Source: Orenia metallireducens (GTDB lineage: Bacteria > Bacillota > Halanaerobiia > Halobacteroidales > Halobacteroidaceae). Taken from it: 32,000 nucleotides of DNA. The DNA is taken from contig NZ_PVNB01000019.1 in NCBI RefSeq assembly GCF_003001995.1, forward strand, positions 29,120-61,119, written 5' to 3'. Both the position numbers and the translations under genes were made by a program. This document shows positions 24,638 to 32,000 of the stretch, one piece after another (position 1 is the first letter of the stretch; each line of letters begins with the position of its first letter). The notes under the pieces are model-generated. The model did no database searches, was not told the DNA's origin, and was given only the letters and a program-made list of their open reading frames with translations.

Positions 24638-24666
24638 AAAGGGATAGCTTATAAGCTATCCCTTTA
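24638..24666 (-). terminator. Rho-independent terminator after the EamA transporter gene
   Basis: AAAGGGATAGCTTATAAGCTATCCCTTT, followed on the minus strand by ATTTTATAAAAT. Confidence 0.8.
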
Positions 24667-24738
24667 TTTATCCTATACTATTTTAGTCCTTCTAAGATTT
24701 GTTTATTAAGAGTAAAGTCATCAATTGATATCAATCAT

Positions 24739-25674
24739 TTAATAATCTAAATTACTCTCTTCTATTATCTTTACTCTACCATAGTAATTAGTACCCCATA
24801 CCCCCATCATTATCATCAAGCCACCTACAAGATGGAACCAATAAAAGGGCTCACCTCTAAAGAACACACCTGCAATCACAGAGATTATTGTAGTCAAGTT
24901 AGCAAATACTGCTGAACGGGATGCCTCTAACTTAGATAATGTAAAGTTGACCAAAAAGAATGCCAATACTGAGGATAAGACCCCTAAATAGAATATAGCA
25001 AAGAGTACATCTAAGTTAGTCAAAGATACTAAATAATTGGCTATAGTCCCCTCTCTAAAATGATTAAAGATAGAGATTGAGTTGAATACACCTGCTCCCA
25101 TTATCATCATCAAATAGGTTATCTCTATAGGCTTGAACTGTAATGAAGACTTTCTAGAAATTATATTGTAAAATGCTGCAGAAAATACAGCCCCTAATAG
25201 AATAAACATTCCCAATAAATTCCCATCAACCTCTCTATTGCCTTTCATCACAACGATAAAGATTACTCCAATTACCGAAATAATGATAAACAATAATTGC
25301 TTCTTATCAGGAACCTCTTGGAGAAATATCGCTCCCAAAATAGTTACTAACACGGGAATTAGAGCAATCATCATCCCTGCTTCTGAAGAGGTTGTTAACT
25401 CTAAACCGACAGTTTCACAGATAAAGTAAGCTACAGGTTGGCAGATTCCTAATAAAATTAACAACCCCAACCTCTTACCCTTAAAATCTATCTTGATAAC
25501 CCCCAAAGCCTTTAATACCATCAATAACAGTGCAGCAAAAGTAAATCTCAAAGCCAATAAATGAAAGATATCTAAATAATCTAAAGCCCGCTTAGTAAAT
25601 AAAAAAGAGAAGCCAAAGATCGATGAGGTTATAACCCCTGCCAAAATTGGCAGATAATCTTCTTTCTGTAACAA
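24739..25674 (-). CDS. EamA/DMT-family transporter
   Basis: 311 aa, about 10 TM helices in two halves typical of EamA repeats. TTG start with AAGGTGG SD. Confidence 0.75.
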   Translation of the reverse strand: MLQKEDYLPILAGVITSSIFGFSFLFTKRALDYLDIFHLLALRFTFAALLLMVLKALGVIKIDFKGKRLGLLILLGICQPVAYFICETVGLELTTSSEAGMMIALIPVLVTILGAIFLQEVPDKKQLLFIIISVIGVIFIVVMKGNREVDGNLLGMFILLGAVFSAAFYNIISRKSSLQFKPIEITYLMMIMGAGVFNSISIFNHFREGTIANYLVSLTNLDVLFAIFYLGVLSSVLAFFLVNFTLSKLEASRSAVFANLTTIISVIAGVFFRGEPFYWFHLVGGLMIMMGVWGTNYYGRVKIIEESNLDY

Positions 25675-25782
25675 CTACTACCACCTTACTTTCTATAAAT
25701 TATGATTTGAATTATTATTTTCAATTGCTTTTTAATATAGCTAAATACCTATTAATTAATATATTTACAAACTTCAGTAATC

Positions 25783-25803
25783 GGTGACAAGTGACGGGTG
25801 ACA
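25783..25803. repeat. Three tandem heptamers GGTGACA AGTGACG GGTGACA
   Basis: Read directly, in the ridA-EamA intergenic region. The nearby GTCACTCATT (25821-25830) is identical to 21360-21369. Confidence 0.7.
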
Positions 25804-25837
25804 AATAAAAACCTCTTCTCGTCACTCATTGCTGCTC

Positions 25838-26221
25838 CTATCCCTTCATAGCAATTAAGGCTATCTCCACCTTAACATCTTTAGGCAATCTACTTACTTC
25901 TACGCAGGCTCTAGCAGGTGGCTCTTTGGCAAAGTACTCTGCATAAACTCCATTAATTTGACTAAAATCATTCATATCAGCGATAAATACCTCTGCTTTC
26001 ATTACATCCTTAAAGTCATAACCTGCTTCTGATAAGATAGCTTTTAAGTTCTCCAATACCTGTCTTGTTTGAGCTTCTACATTCCCCTCAATCAACTCAC
26101 CTGTTGCTGGATTAATAGGTATTTGCCCTGAGACAAAGAGTGTTCCCTTCAACTCAGTTGCTTGAGAATATGGTCCTATAGCCTGTGGTGCTTGGTCAGT
26201 ATGAATAATTCTTTTACCCAT
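25838..26221 (-). CDS. ridA: RidA (YjgF/RutC family) reactive enamine/imine deaminase
   Basis: 127 aa, APQAIGPYSQA...GQIPINP...PARACVEVSRLPKDVKVEI, typical RidA. Confidence 0.9.
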   Translation of the reverse strand: MGKRIIHTDQAPQAIGPYSQATELKGTLFVSGQIPINPATGELIEGNVEAQTRQVLENLKAILSEAGYDFKDVMKAEVFIADMNDFSQINGVYAEYFAKEPPARACVEVSRLPKDVKVEIALIAMKG

Positions 26222-26250
26222 TATTAACCCCTCCTTGATATGTAATTATA

Positions 26251-27453
26251 TTATAATTTTATACTATAACCTTGATTCTTTAAAATAGATATTACTTCAG
26301 AAATATGTGCTGAATCTCTAGTCTCCAATACTAACTTTACCTCTGCCTGTTTTAGAGAAATATCTGGATTCATACGGTCATGATGAACTGAAATGATATT
26401 GGCTCCACTTCTACCAATAATACCTGCTAGCCTCTCTAAAGCACCTGGAATATCAGGTAATAAAGTTGTAAAGGTCAATCTTCTTCCGGCTTTCATCATT
26501 CCCCTATTAATAATAGCAGAAATCATATCTAAGTCAATATTACCACCACTTAAAATAACAGCAAGCTTCTTTTCTTGTAAAGAAGCTTTATTATTTAATA
26601 CTGCAGCCAATGCTGTTGCTCCTGCACCTTCGACTATTAATTTTGCCCTTTCTAATAAGATAGAAATAGCATAGGCTATCTCTTCATCATCTACTGTTAC
26701 AATCTTATCTACATACTTAGATATAATTTCATAAGTTAACTTACCTGGTCTTTTGACAGCAATACCATCGGCAATTGTATTTACTTCTGTTAAATCTATT
26801 GGCTTCCCTGCTTTTAAGGAAGCTTTCATAGAGGCTGCCTTATCTGCCTCTACTCCTATTACCTTTATTCTAGGATTTATCTCCTTAATAGCTATGGCTA
26901 TACCAGCTAATAATCCTCCTCCACCAACAGGAGCAATAACTGCATCTACTTTAGGTAAGTCTTCTAAGATCTCTAATCCAATAGTTCCTTGACCAGCAAT
27001 TACATCTAGATCATCAAAAGCTGGTATAATAGTTGCCCCTGTCTTTTGAGCATACTCCAATTCTTTTTGATGAGCTTCATCATAGGTCTCACCACTTAAA
27101 ATAACCTCTGCTCCATAACCTCTAGTAGCCTTGATTTTAGCAATAGGAGCACCTTTAGGCATAATAATAGTTGAGTTAATTCCTATTTGGGTAGCTGCTA
27201 GTGCTACACCCTGAGCATGATTGCCTGCTGAAGCTGCTACTACTCCCTTTTCTTTCTCTTTAGAGCTTAAGTTGCTTATCTTGTTATAAGCCCCCCTTAA
27301 CTTAAAAGAGCCAGTCTTCTGTAAATTTTCTAGCTTCAAATAGACCTGATTACCACTTAGCTGACTAAAAGTTCTTGAACTGTCTAAATTGCTTCTCTTG
27401 ATTATCCCTTTCAATCTATTTTGAGCATCTTTAATATCTTCTAACCCCACCAT
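26251..27453 (-). CDS. ilvA: Threonine ammonia-lyase (threonine dehydratase), short form with one C-terminal ACT-like domain
   Basis: PLP-lysine motif GSFKLRGA, glycine loop GGGGLLAG, C-terminal regulatory domain. 400 aa. Confidence 0.88.
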   Translation of the reverse strand: MVGLEDIKDAQNRLKGIIKRSNLDSSRTFSQLSGNQVYLKLENLQKTGSFKLRGAYNKISNLSSKEKEKGVVAASAGNHAQGVALAATQIGINSTIIMPKGAPIAKIKATRGYGAEVILSGETYDEAHQKELEYAQKTGATIIPAFDDLDVIAGQGTIGLEILEDLPKVDAVIAPVGGGGLLAGIAIAIKEINPRIKVIGVEADKAASMKASLKAGKPIDLTEVNTIADGIAVKRPGKLTYEIISKYVDKIVTVDDEEIAYAISILLERAKLIVEGAGATALAAVLNNKASLQEKKLAVILSGGNIDLDMISAIINRGMMKAGRRLTFTTLLPDIPGALERLAGIIGRSGANIISVHHDRMNPDISLKQAEVKLVLETRDSAHISEVISILKNQGYSIKL

Positions 27454-27515
27454 TAAAATACCTCCTGTTGTGACAATTGAATAAGCTGCTTTGCCTTAAT
27501 GGTTTTCTACTAATT

Positions 27516-27549
27516 TATCATAGTTAAATATAGTATCTTAACTATGATA
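27516..27549. promoter_or_regulatory. Perfect 12-bp inverted repeat upstream of ilvA (candidate operator)
   Basis: TATCATAGTTAA-N10-TTAACTATGATA, 63-96 nt upstream of the ilvA start. No adjacent T-tract on either strand. Confidence 0.3.
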
Positions 27550-27623
27550 GAACTTCTCTTCTTCCAGTTTAATCATCTTTATTTAAGTTAATTAACTAAA
27601 AAAGTTGCCCTCTTTAATTATAA

Positions 27624-27653
27624 AACAGAAAGCATATTAATATGCTTTCTGTT
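27624..27653 (-). terminator. Rho-independent terminator after the TetR-family gene
   Basis: AACAGAAAGCATAT-TA-ATATGCTTTCTGTT, followed on the minus strand by TTATAATT. Confidence 0.8.
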
Positions 27654-27688
27654 AAATTAATAGAATCTTAACTTAAATATCAAAAAAG

Positions 27689-28270
27689 TTACTCTTTAAT
27701 AATTCCATTAAAATAGATCTCCATAATATCATCTTTAATCTCCTCAACCTCATCAGCTGAAAAATCTTTTCCAAACATAATCCTATGAGCAGAAGTTATA
27801 TAAATCATACCAAACAAAGAGATAGTAACATTAAGTGGATTCATCTCTTTAAGCTTCTTCTGCTCGATACCTTCTATAATTATATCTTCAATTATTTCTG
27901 TATACTTATCCATTATCTCTTTAATCTCATCCTTAAATTTAAGTTTATGCCCCCAAACTTCTCTGGTAAGAAATTTATGGAATTCGCCATGATTTTTATA
28001 AAAATTCAATTGGACAGTTATTATCTGTTCTATCTTCTTAATTGGATCATCTAATTTATTTATCTCTTTTTTTACCTTCTCTAATACATCATTTAAACCA
28101 AATTTAATTAAAGAAGAGATCAAATCCTCTTTATTCTTAAAATAACGGTACAGGGTTCCTTTACCTATCCCAGCTTCTTATGCAATCTCTTGCATAGTTG
28201 TAGCAGATGTCCCCTTTTTAGCAAACTTCTGTATAGCCGCTGCAAATATCTTCTCTTTTTTGGGATGCAT
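27689..28270 (-). pseudogene. TetR/AcrR-family transcriptional regulator interrupted by an in-frame TAA at codon 31
   Basis: Translation from the ATG at 28270 (GAGGAG SD) gives MHPKKEKIFAAAIQKFAKKGTSATTMQEIA*EAGIGKGTLYRYFKNKEDLISSLIKFG... The stop (28180-28178) sits inside the canonical TetR HTH (IAxxAGIxKGTLYRYF). The ORF-track 144-aa ORF is only the C-terminal ligand-domain remainder. Confidence 0.8.
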
Positions 28271-28408
28271 TCTATCAGCTCCTCAACCTTAAAATTATAG
28301 TTATTAAGAGATTATTAGACACTTATTTTTTAAAAATATCATACCAAAATCAAATAGTCAATCATAGCTACTATTAAATAATCAAATTAAAGAAAAATTT
28401 AATAAGAT

Positions 28409-30262
28409 TTAAAAATTATAATTTAAATTAATCTTAATAATAGGATCATTGGCATTTTGATCATAGGATAAATAACCATCTAACCTCACAGGTTTAAGTC
28501 CTAACAGATAAAAATCACCATTAAGACCTATACCATAGGCCATAGATGATACTTCATCGTTTAAATAATCAGTAAACAAATATGCTCCAATATCCTTAAT
28601 ATATACCATCTTCGTTAATTCAATCGCTTTTACAAATTCATAGGTATAGGCATAATCTAAAGAGAGTTGAAATTTAGCAAACTTATCTGGTTCATCTCCT
28701 CGATAAATAATAGGTGATTCTATTAAATTACTATTATTAAAGACCAATTTAGGCCTTAAATCCCACCTATCATTTAATTTAAAGGAGGTCTTTTTAGAGA
28801 TTAAGATTTTAGGTTCTTCCCCTGCTTCATCAAAGAAAACATCTACTTCACCACTTAAATTACATCTATTGAGTTCTAGCTTATATCTAGCATCTGCAAA
28901 GACATACTTATTATTATCTATAACCCCTAAGCCAGTTCCCCAAAAATAATTATCTTTATAGTATCTAATCCCTAGCTCACCATCATCTCTTTTCTCAGAT
29001 TCAATTCTAGTCTTAGCTATCATATCAGTATTTTTAGTCAACTTTTTCCACCTAAACTCTGCTTCTAAATCTTGAGAAGCATTATTAGTTGCTAAAAATT
29101 TGAAATCAACACTATCTTTATCAAATTCAAAGCCATATTGGGGGATATTTATATAACTTCTTAATAAATCTTGCTTAAAAAGAGAATAATCTTGTCCAAA
29201 ATGGATAATTGGGTTAAAGTGAAAAGAAGGAACTAACATCCTATCATACTTTATATCATTAAATTCTTGTGCTACATTTAATCTCTTTCTAGCTGGATGC
29301 CTCTTTAAAGGAATCGTTTTGGAATTTAATCCTTCTTTTATCTTACTCATCTTCTCTTTAGTAGCTTGATACCCAATCTCGACCAACTCAGCTGCACTAC
29401 TAAAATCAAAAAAAGAATAGTCTCCAACTCTAGCTTCAATTATTACATCTGAATAATTTTCAATTATTCTTCTATTATTATTTTGTGATACTATATCTAC
29501 ATATCTGTTAACTATCTTATCTGGGTTTTCATAGCTATCATGAATCAGCTCAGACTTAACAGTAGTAGCAATTACAAAGTCTGCTCCTAATGCCTTAGCT
29601 GCTTTTGCAGGAGAATTCTCTAAAATCCCAGGGTCTGCAAAATACTTCCCCTCCATCTGATAAAGTGGGAAGAAATAAGGAATAGCATAAGAGGCTTGTA
29701 TTACTTTAGAGATTCTATTAGTAGTGATCAGGTATTTATTACCACTATCTAATTCTAAAGTTAATAAGGCTGTAGGTATAGGAAAATCTTCTAACCTCTT
29801 ATAAGGTGCTATATCCTCAAGAAATTTATTAACCTTACTAGTTCCTAAAATATAATCATCATTCATAAAGTTAATATCTAATAATTTGGCAAAGGGGACA
29901 TTAATGATGATCTCCTCAATCTGCTCAATAGATATTCCACTCCCATACATAGTCCCCACAATTGACCCCATACTGGTTCCTACAATCAAATCAATTGGAA
30001 TATCCTCTTCTTCTAAAGCTTTAATCACCCCTATATTAAAGAATGCCTTAGCCCCTCCACCTGTCAGTGCTACTGCAACAGTTGGCTTTGAAAGTGATTC
30101 AAACCTCTGATAATCCTCTATTAAATATATCTCATCATCTTTAATCACTTTAGTTAAACCTTTATCTTGCTTAAAAGCTGCATAACCACTATTTGAGTTA
30201 AAGAGTATCAGCAATAAAAGCACTAAGATTAAATGTTTTTCTCTTAACACAGTAGCATTCAC
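28409..30262 (-). CDS. Secreted patatin-like phospholipase fused to a C-terminal outer-membrane beta-barrel (PlpD / type Vd-like)
   Basis: Signal peptide (LILVLLLLILFNSNSGYA|AF). Patatin motifs GGGAKA (oxyanion), GTSMG (GxSxG) and a DPG Asp motif. C-terminal ~230-280 aa with alternating amphipathic pattern ending ...INLNYNF (terminal aromatic beta-signal). The start may instead be the second GTG at 30250. Confidence 0.65.
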   Translation of the reverse strand: MNATVLREKHLILVLLLLILFNSNSGYAAFKQDKGLTKVIKDDEIYLIEDYQRFESLSKPTVAVALTGGGAKAFFNIGVIKALEEEDIPIDLIVGTSMGSIVGTMYGSGISIEQIEEIIINVPFAKLLDINFMNDDYILGTSKVNKFLEDIAPYKRLEDFPIPTALLTLELDSGNKYLITTNRISKVIQASYAIPYFFPLYQMEGKYFADPGILENSPAKAAKALGADFVIATTVKSELIHDSYENPDKIVNRYVDIVSQNNNRRIIENYSDVIIEARVGDYSFFDFSSAAELVEIGYQATKEKMSKIKEGLNSKTIPLKRHPARKRLNVAQEFNDIKYDRMLVPSFHFNPIIHFGQDYSLFKQDLLRSYINIPQYGFEFDKDSVDFKFLATNNASQDLEAEFRWKKLTKNTDMIAKTRIESEKRDDGELGIRYYKDNYFWGTGLGVIDNNKYVFADARYKLELNRCNLSGEVDVFFDEAGEEPKILISKKTSFKLNDRWDLRPKLVFNNSNLIESPIIYRGDEPDKFAKFQLSLDYAYTYEFVKAIELTKMVYIKDIGAYLFTDYLNDEVSSMAYGIGLNGDFYLLGLKPVRLDGYLSYDQNANDPIIKINLNYNF

Positions 30263-30275
30263 CCCCCAAGTTATG

Positions 30276-30304
30276 AAAAGACCCTTAAATTTAAGGGTCT
30301 TTTT
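30276..30304 (-). terminator. Hairpin after the RND permease gene
   Basis: AAAAGACCCTTAAATTTAAGGGTCTTTT. T-runs on both sides (bidirectional type). It ends only 13 nt before the patatin start. Confidence 0.6.
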
Positions 30305-30313
30305 ATAATTTAC

Positions 30314-32000
30314 TTAACTATCAACAGGCATATTTTTATCAATATTAATATTATTATAGTTATATTCTTTATACTTGATATTAAAGACTATCGAATAAAC
30401 TACAGGAACTGCGATAAGAGTTATCAATAGACCAAAGGATAATCCAAAGATTAAGGATACTGCCATCCCCCCAAATAAAGCATCACCACTAAACCAAAGG
30501 GGTAATAGACCACAGATTGTTGTGGCACTGGTCAAAAAGATTGATCGCAATCTCCTTTTAGCAGCCTCTAAAATAGCATCCTGTGGAGTCCTATTAAATT
30601 CATCTAGCTCTATACCAATTCTATCAATTAACACAATCGAGTTGTTGACTATTATTCCAACCAAAGATATTAGACCCAATATCTCCATAAAACCAAAAGC
30701 CTTTCCTGTCACTAATAAGCCAATTGCTACTCCTACTATTGTAATGGGAACTATTAAGATAATAGTCAAAGGTTTCTTATAAGAGTTGAACTGAATCACA
30801 AGCAATAATAATATAACCAATGCAGTGATAGGTAATTGGGCTCCAATAGATTCATTGGCTTCTGTTGAACTCTCATACTCCCCACCAAAGGCATAACTAT
30901 ATCCTGCACCCCAATTTGCCTGCTCTTTATCAAGCCATGGCTTTAATTGATTATTTACCTCTGTAGCAGTGATACCATTAACAGTATCAGCTTTAACGGT
31001 AATAGTTCTAATACCATCCCTTCTATATATCATAGATGGCTCCCATAAAGCCTTGATCTCAGCTATCTGCTTTAAAGGAACTGATCTACCTGTTCTAAGA
31101 GAGTAAACTTTAGTTGTTTCTAATGTAGATATATCTACATTACTACTATCTTTGTCCCTTAAAACTACTGGTATAATATCATCATCTTTTCTATACTCTG
31201 TCAATTGCACACCATCTAAGACACTTAGTAACGAGACAGCTACATCTCTATTACTCAAACCAGCTTTCTCTAATCTATCTTGGTCTATATCAATTTTTAA
31301 CTTCTTAGTTCTTAGCCCCCAATCATCACTGATATCCTCTACTCCATTAATAGTTCTTAATTTATCTTTGACTGAGTGGACTATATCATAAAGCTTATCC
31401 ATCTCCTTACCTGATACCCTAATTTGAATCGGTTTACCGACTGGCATAATCTCCAATCTGGCAGCTTTAACCTCAGTATCAGGGAATTTATCGATAGTAT
31501 AACCTTCCAACTTAGGAATCAGCTCTTCAATCACATCAACAGAGGTGGTGTTAATTAAAAAGTAGATATATTCAGGACTATTTAACTCAGCACTATAAGC
31601 TAAAGTAAACCTTGGAGCTCCTTGCCCAATAAAGGTTCCCCAATTCAATATTCCTTCATCTTTATACTTTTCTAGCGTTCCACCAGCCAATAACTGCTTG
31701 AAGAAATTAACCTCTTCTTGTTCTGGTTTTACTTTTAATTGCTCCTCAATATACTCATCTATATCTTTAGCAACCTCTTCTGTTCTTTCAATCGAAGTCC
31801 CTTTAGGTAATTGAACCTCATAGGTCATTACCGTTTTCTTGTCTTTAGGCATGAATATTTTGGGAACAAGTCCCATCCCTTTTACTCCTGAGAAGATTAT
31901 CAGAAGCACTAAAATAACAAATGCTATTTTATGTTTCATTAGAGTTAACAATATTCTATTATGAACTCGATAGACCTTACCATCATACGCCTCTTCTTTC
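30314..32000 (-). CDS. RND (AcrB-family) efflux transporter permease, C-terminal ~560 codons; the N-terminus lies beyond the right window edge
   Basis: The ORF-track start at 31951 is an internal TTG. The frame stays open to position 32000 (KEEAYDGKVYRVHNRILLTLMKHK...). TM helix, then a large periplasmic loop, then a five-TM bundle, as in the second half of AcrB-like proteins. Confidence 0.8.
   Translation of the reverse strand, partial: KEEAYDGKVYRVHNRILLTLMKHKIAFVILVLLIIFSGVKGMGLVPKIFMPKDKKTVMTYEVQLPKGTSIERTEEVAKDIDEYIEEQLKVKPEQEEVNFFKQLLAGGTLEKYKDEGILNWGTFIGQGAPRFTLAYSAELNSPEYIYFLINTTSVDVIEELIPKLEGYTIDKFPDTEVKAARLEIMPVGKPIQIRVSGKEMDKLYDIVHSVKDKLRTINGVEDISDDWGLRTKKLKIDIDQDRLEKAGLSNRDVAVSLLSVLDGVQLTEYRKDDDIIPVVLRDKDSSNVDISTLETTKVYSLRTGRSVPLKQIAEIKALWEPSMIYRRDGIRTITVKADTVNGITATEVNNQLKPWLDKEQANWGAGYSYAFGGEYESSTEANESIGAQLPITALVILLLLVIQFNSYKKPLTIILIVPITIVGVAIGLLVTGKAFGFMEILGLISLVGIIVNNSIVLIDRIGIELDEFNRTPQDAILEAAKRRLRSIFLTSATTICGLLPLWFSGDALFGGMAVSLIFGLSFGLLITLIAVPVVYSIVFNIKYKEYNYNNINIDKNMPVDS

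Noticed and set aside
3850-31391. All remaining plus-strand ORFs in the track (3850, 12420, 14346, 16830, 17449, 17842, 18774, 20261, 22219, 23521, 25238, 26393, 26753, 27785, 29886, 30522, 31152)
   Set aside because: Each lies wholly inside a well-supported minus-strand gene. All have low-complexity hydrophobic composition, no recognisable motif and no ribosome-binding site.

Overview
AT-rich chromosomal segment in which every credible gene lies on the minus strand. Gene content indicates a spore-forming Firmicute that also has an outer membrane (Halanaerobiales/Negativicutes-like; this is inference). Read in the direction of transcription (high to low coordinates) it contains: (a) the 3' part of an RND efflux permease, a secreted patatin-like lipase fused to a C-terminal beta-barrel, and a TetR-family regulator interrupted by an in-frame TAA; (b) ilvA-ridA and an EamA/DMT transporter; (c) an 11-gene type IVa pilus cluster: pilB-pilC-pilA, three prepilin/minor-pilin genes, then pilM-pilN-pilO-pilP-pilQ; (d) housekeeping and sporulation genes: a DHH-CBS-CCA-type nucleotidyltransferase fusion, an M50 protease, trpS, scpA, scpB, ytfI, ytfJ, dacB, rluB, a radical-SAM gene, spoVS and the 5' ~2.8 kb of smc. 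I saw no tRNA, rRNA, CRISPR array, transposase or integrase. I cannot point to a clearly new multi-gene system such as a defence island. The unusual material is concentrated in the pilus cluster: a 500-aa PilX-like minor pilin whose LamG fold is split by MORN repeats and a perfect (Asn-Gly)14 tract; a secretin with a C-terminal SPOR domain and a signal peptide reachable only from a non-canonical start; a GC-rich nested palindromic element between pilP and pilQ; a possible plus-strand small RNA and 7-nt periodic repeats around pilA; and tandem MshEN c-di-GMP motifs in PilB. The patatin-barrel fusion next to the broken TetR gene is also unusual. All calls come from reading the sequence and ORF translations by eye. 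No database search was run.
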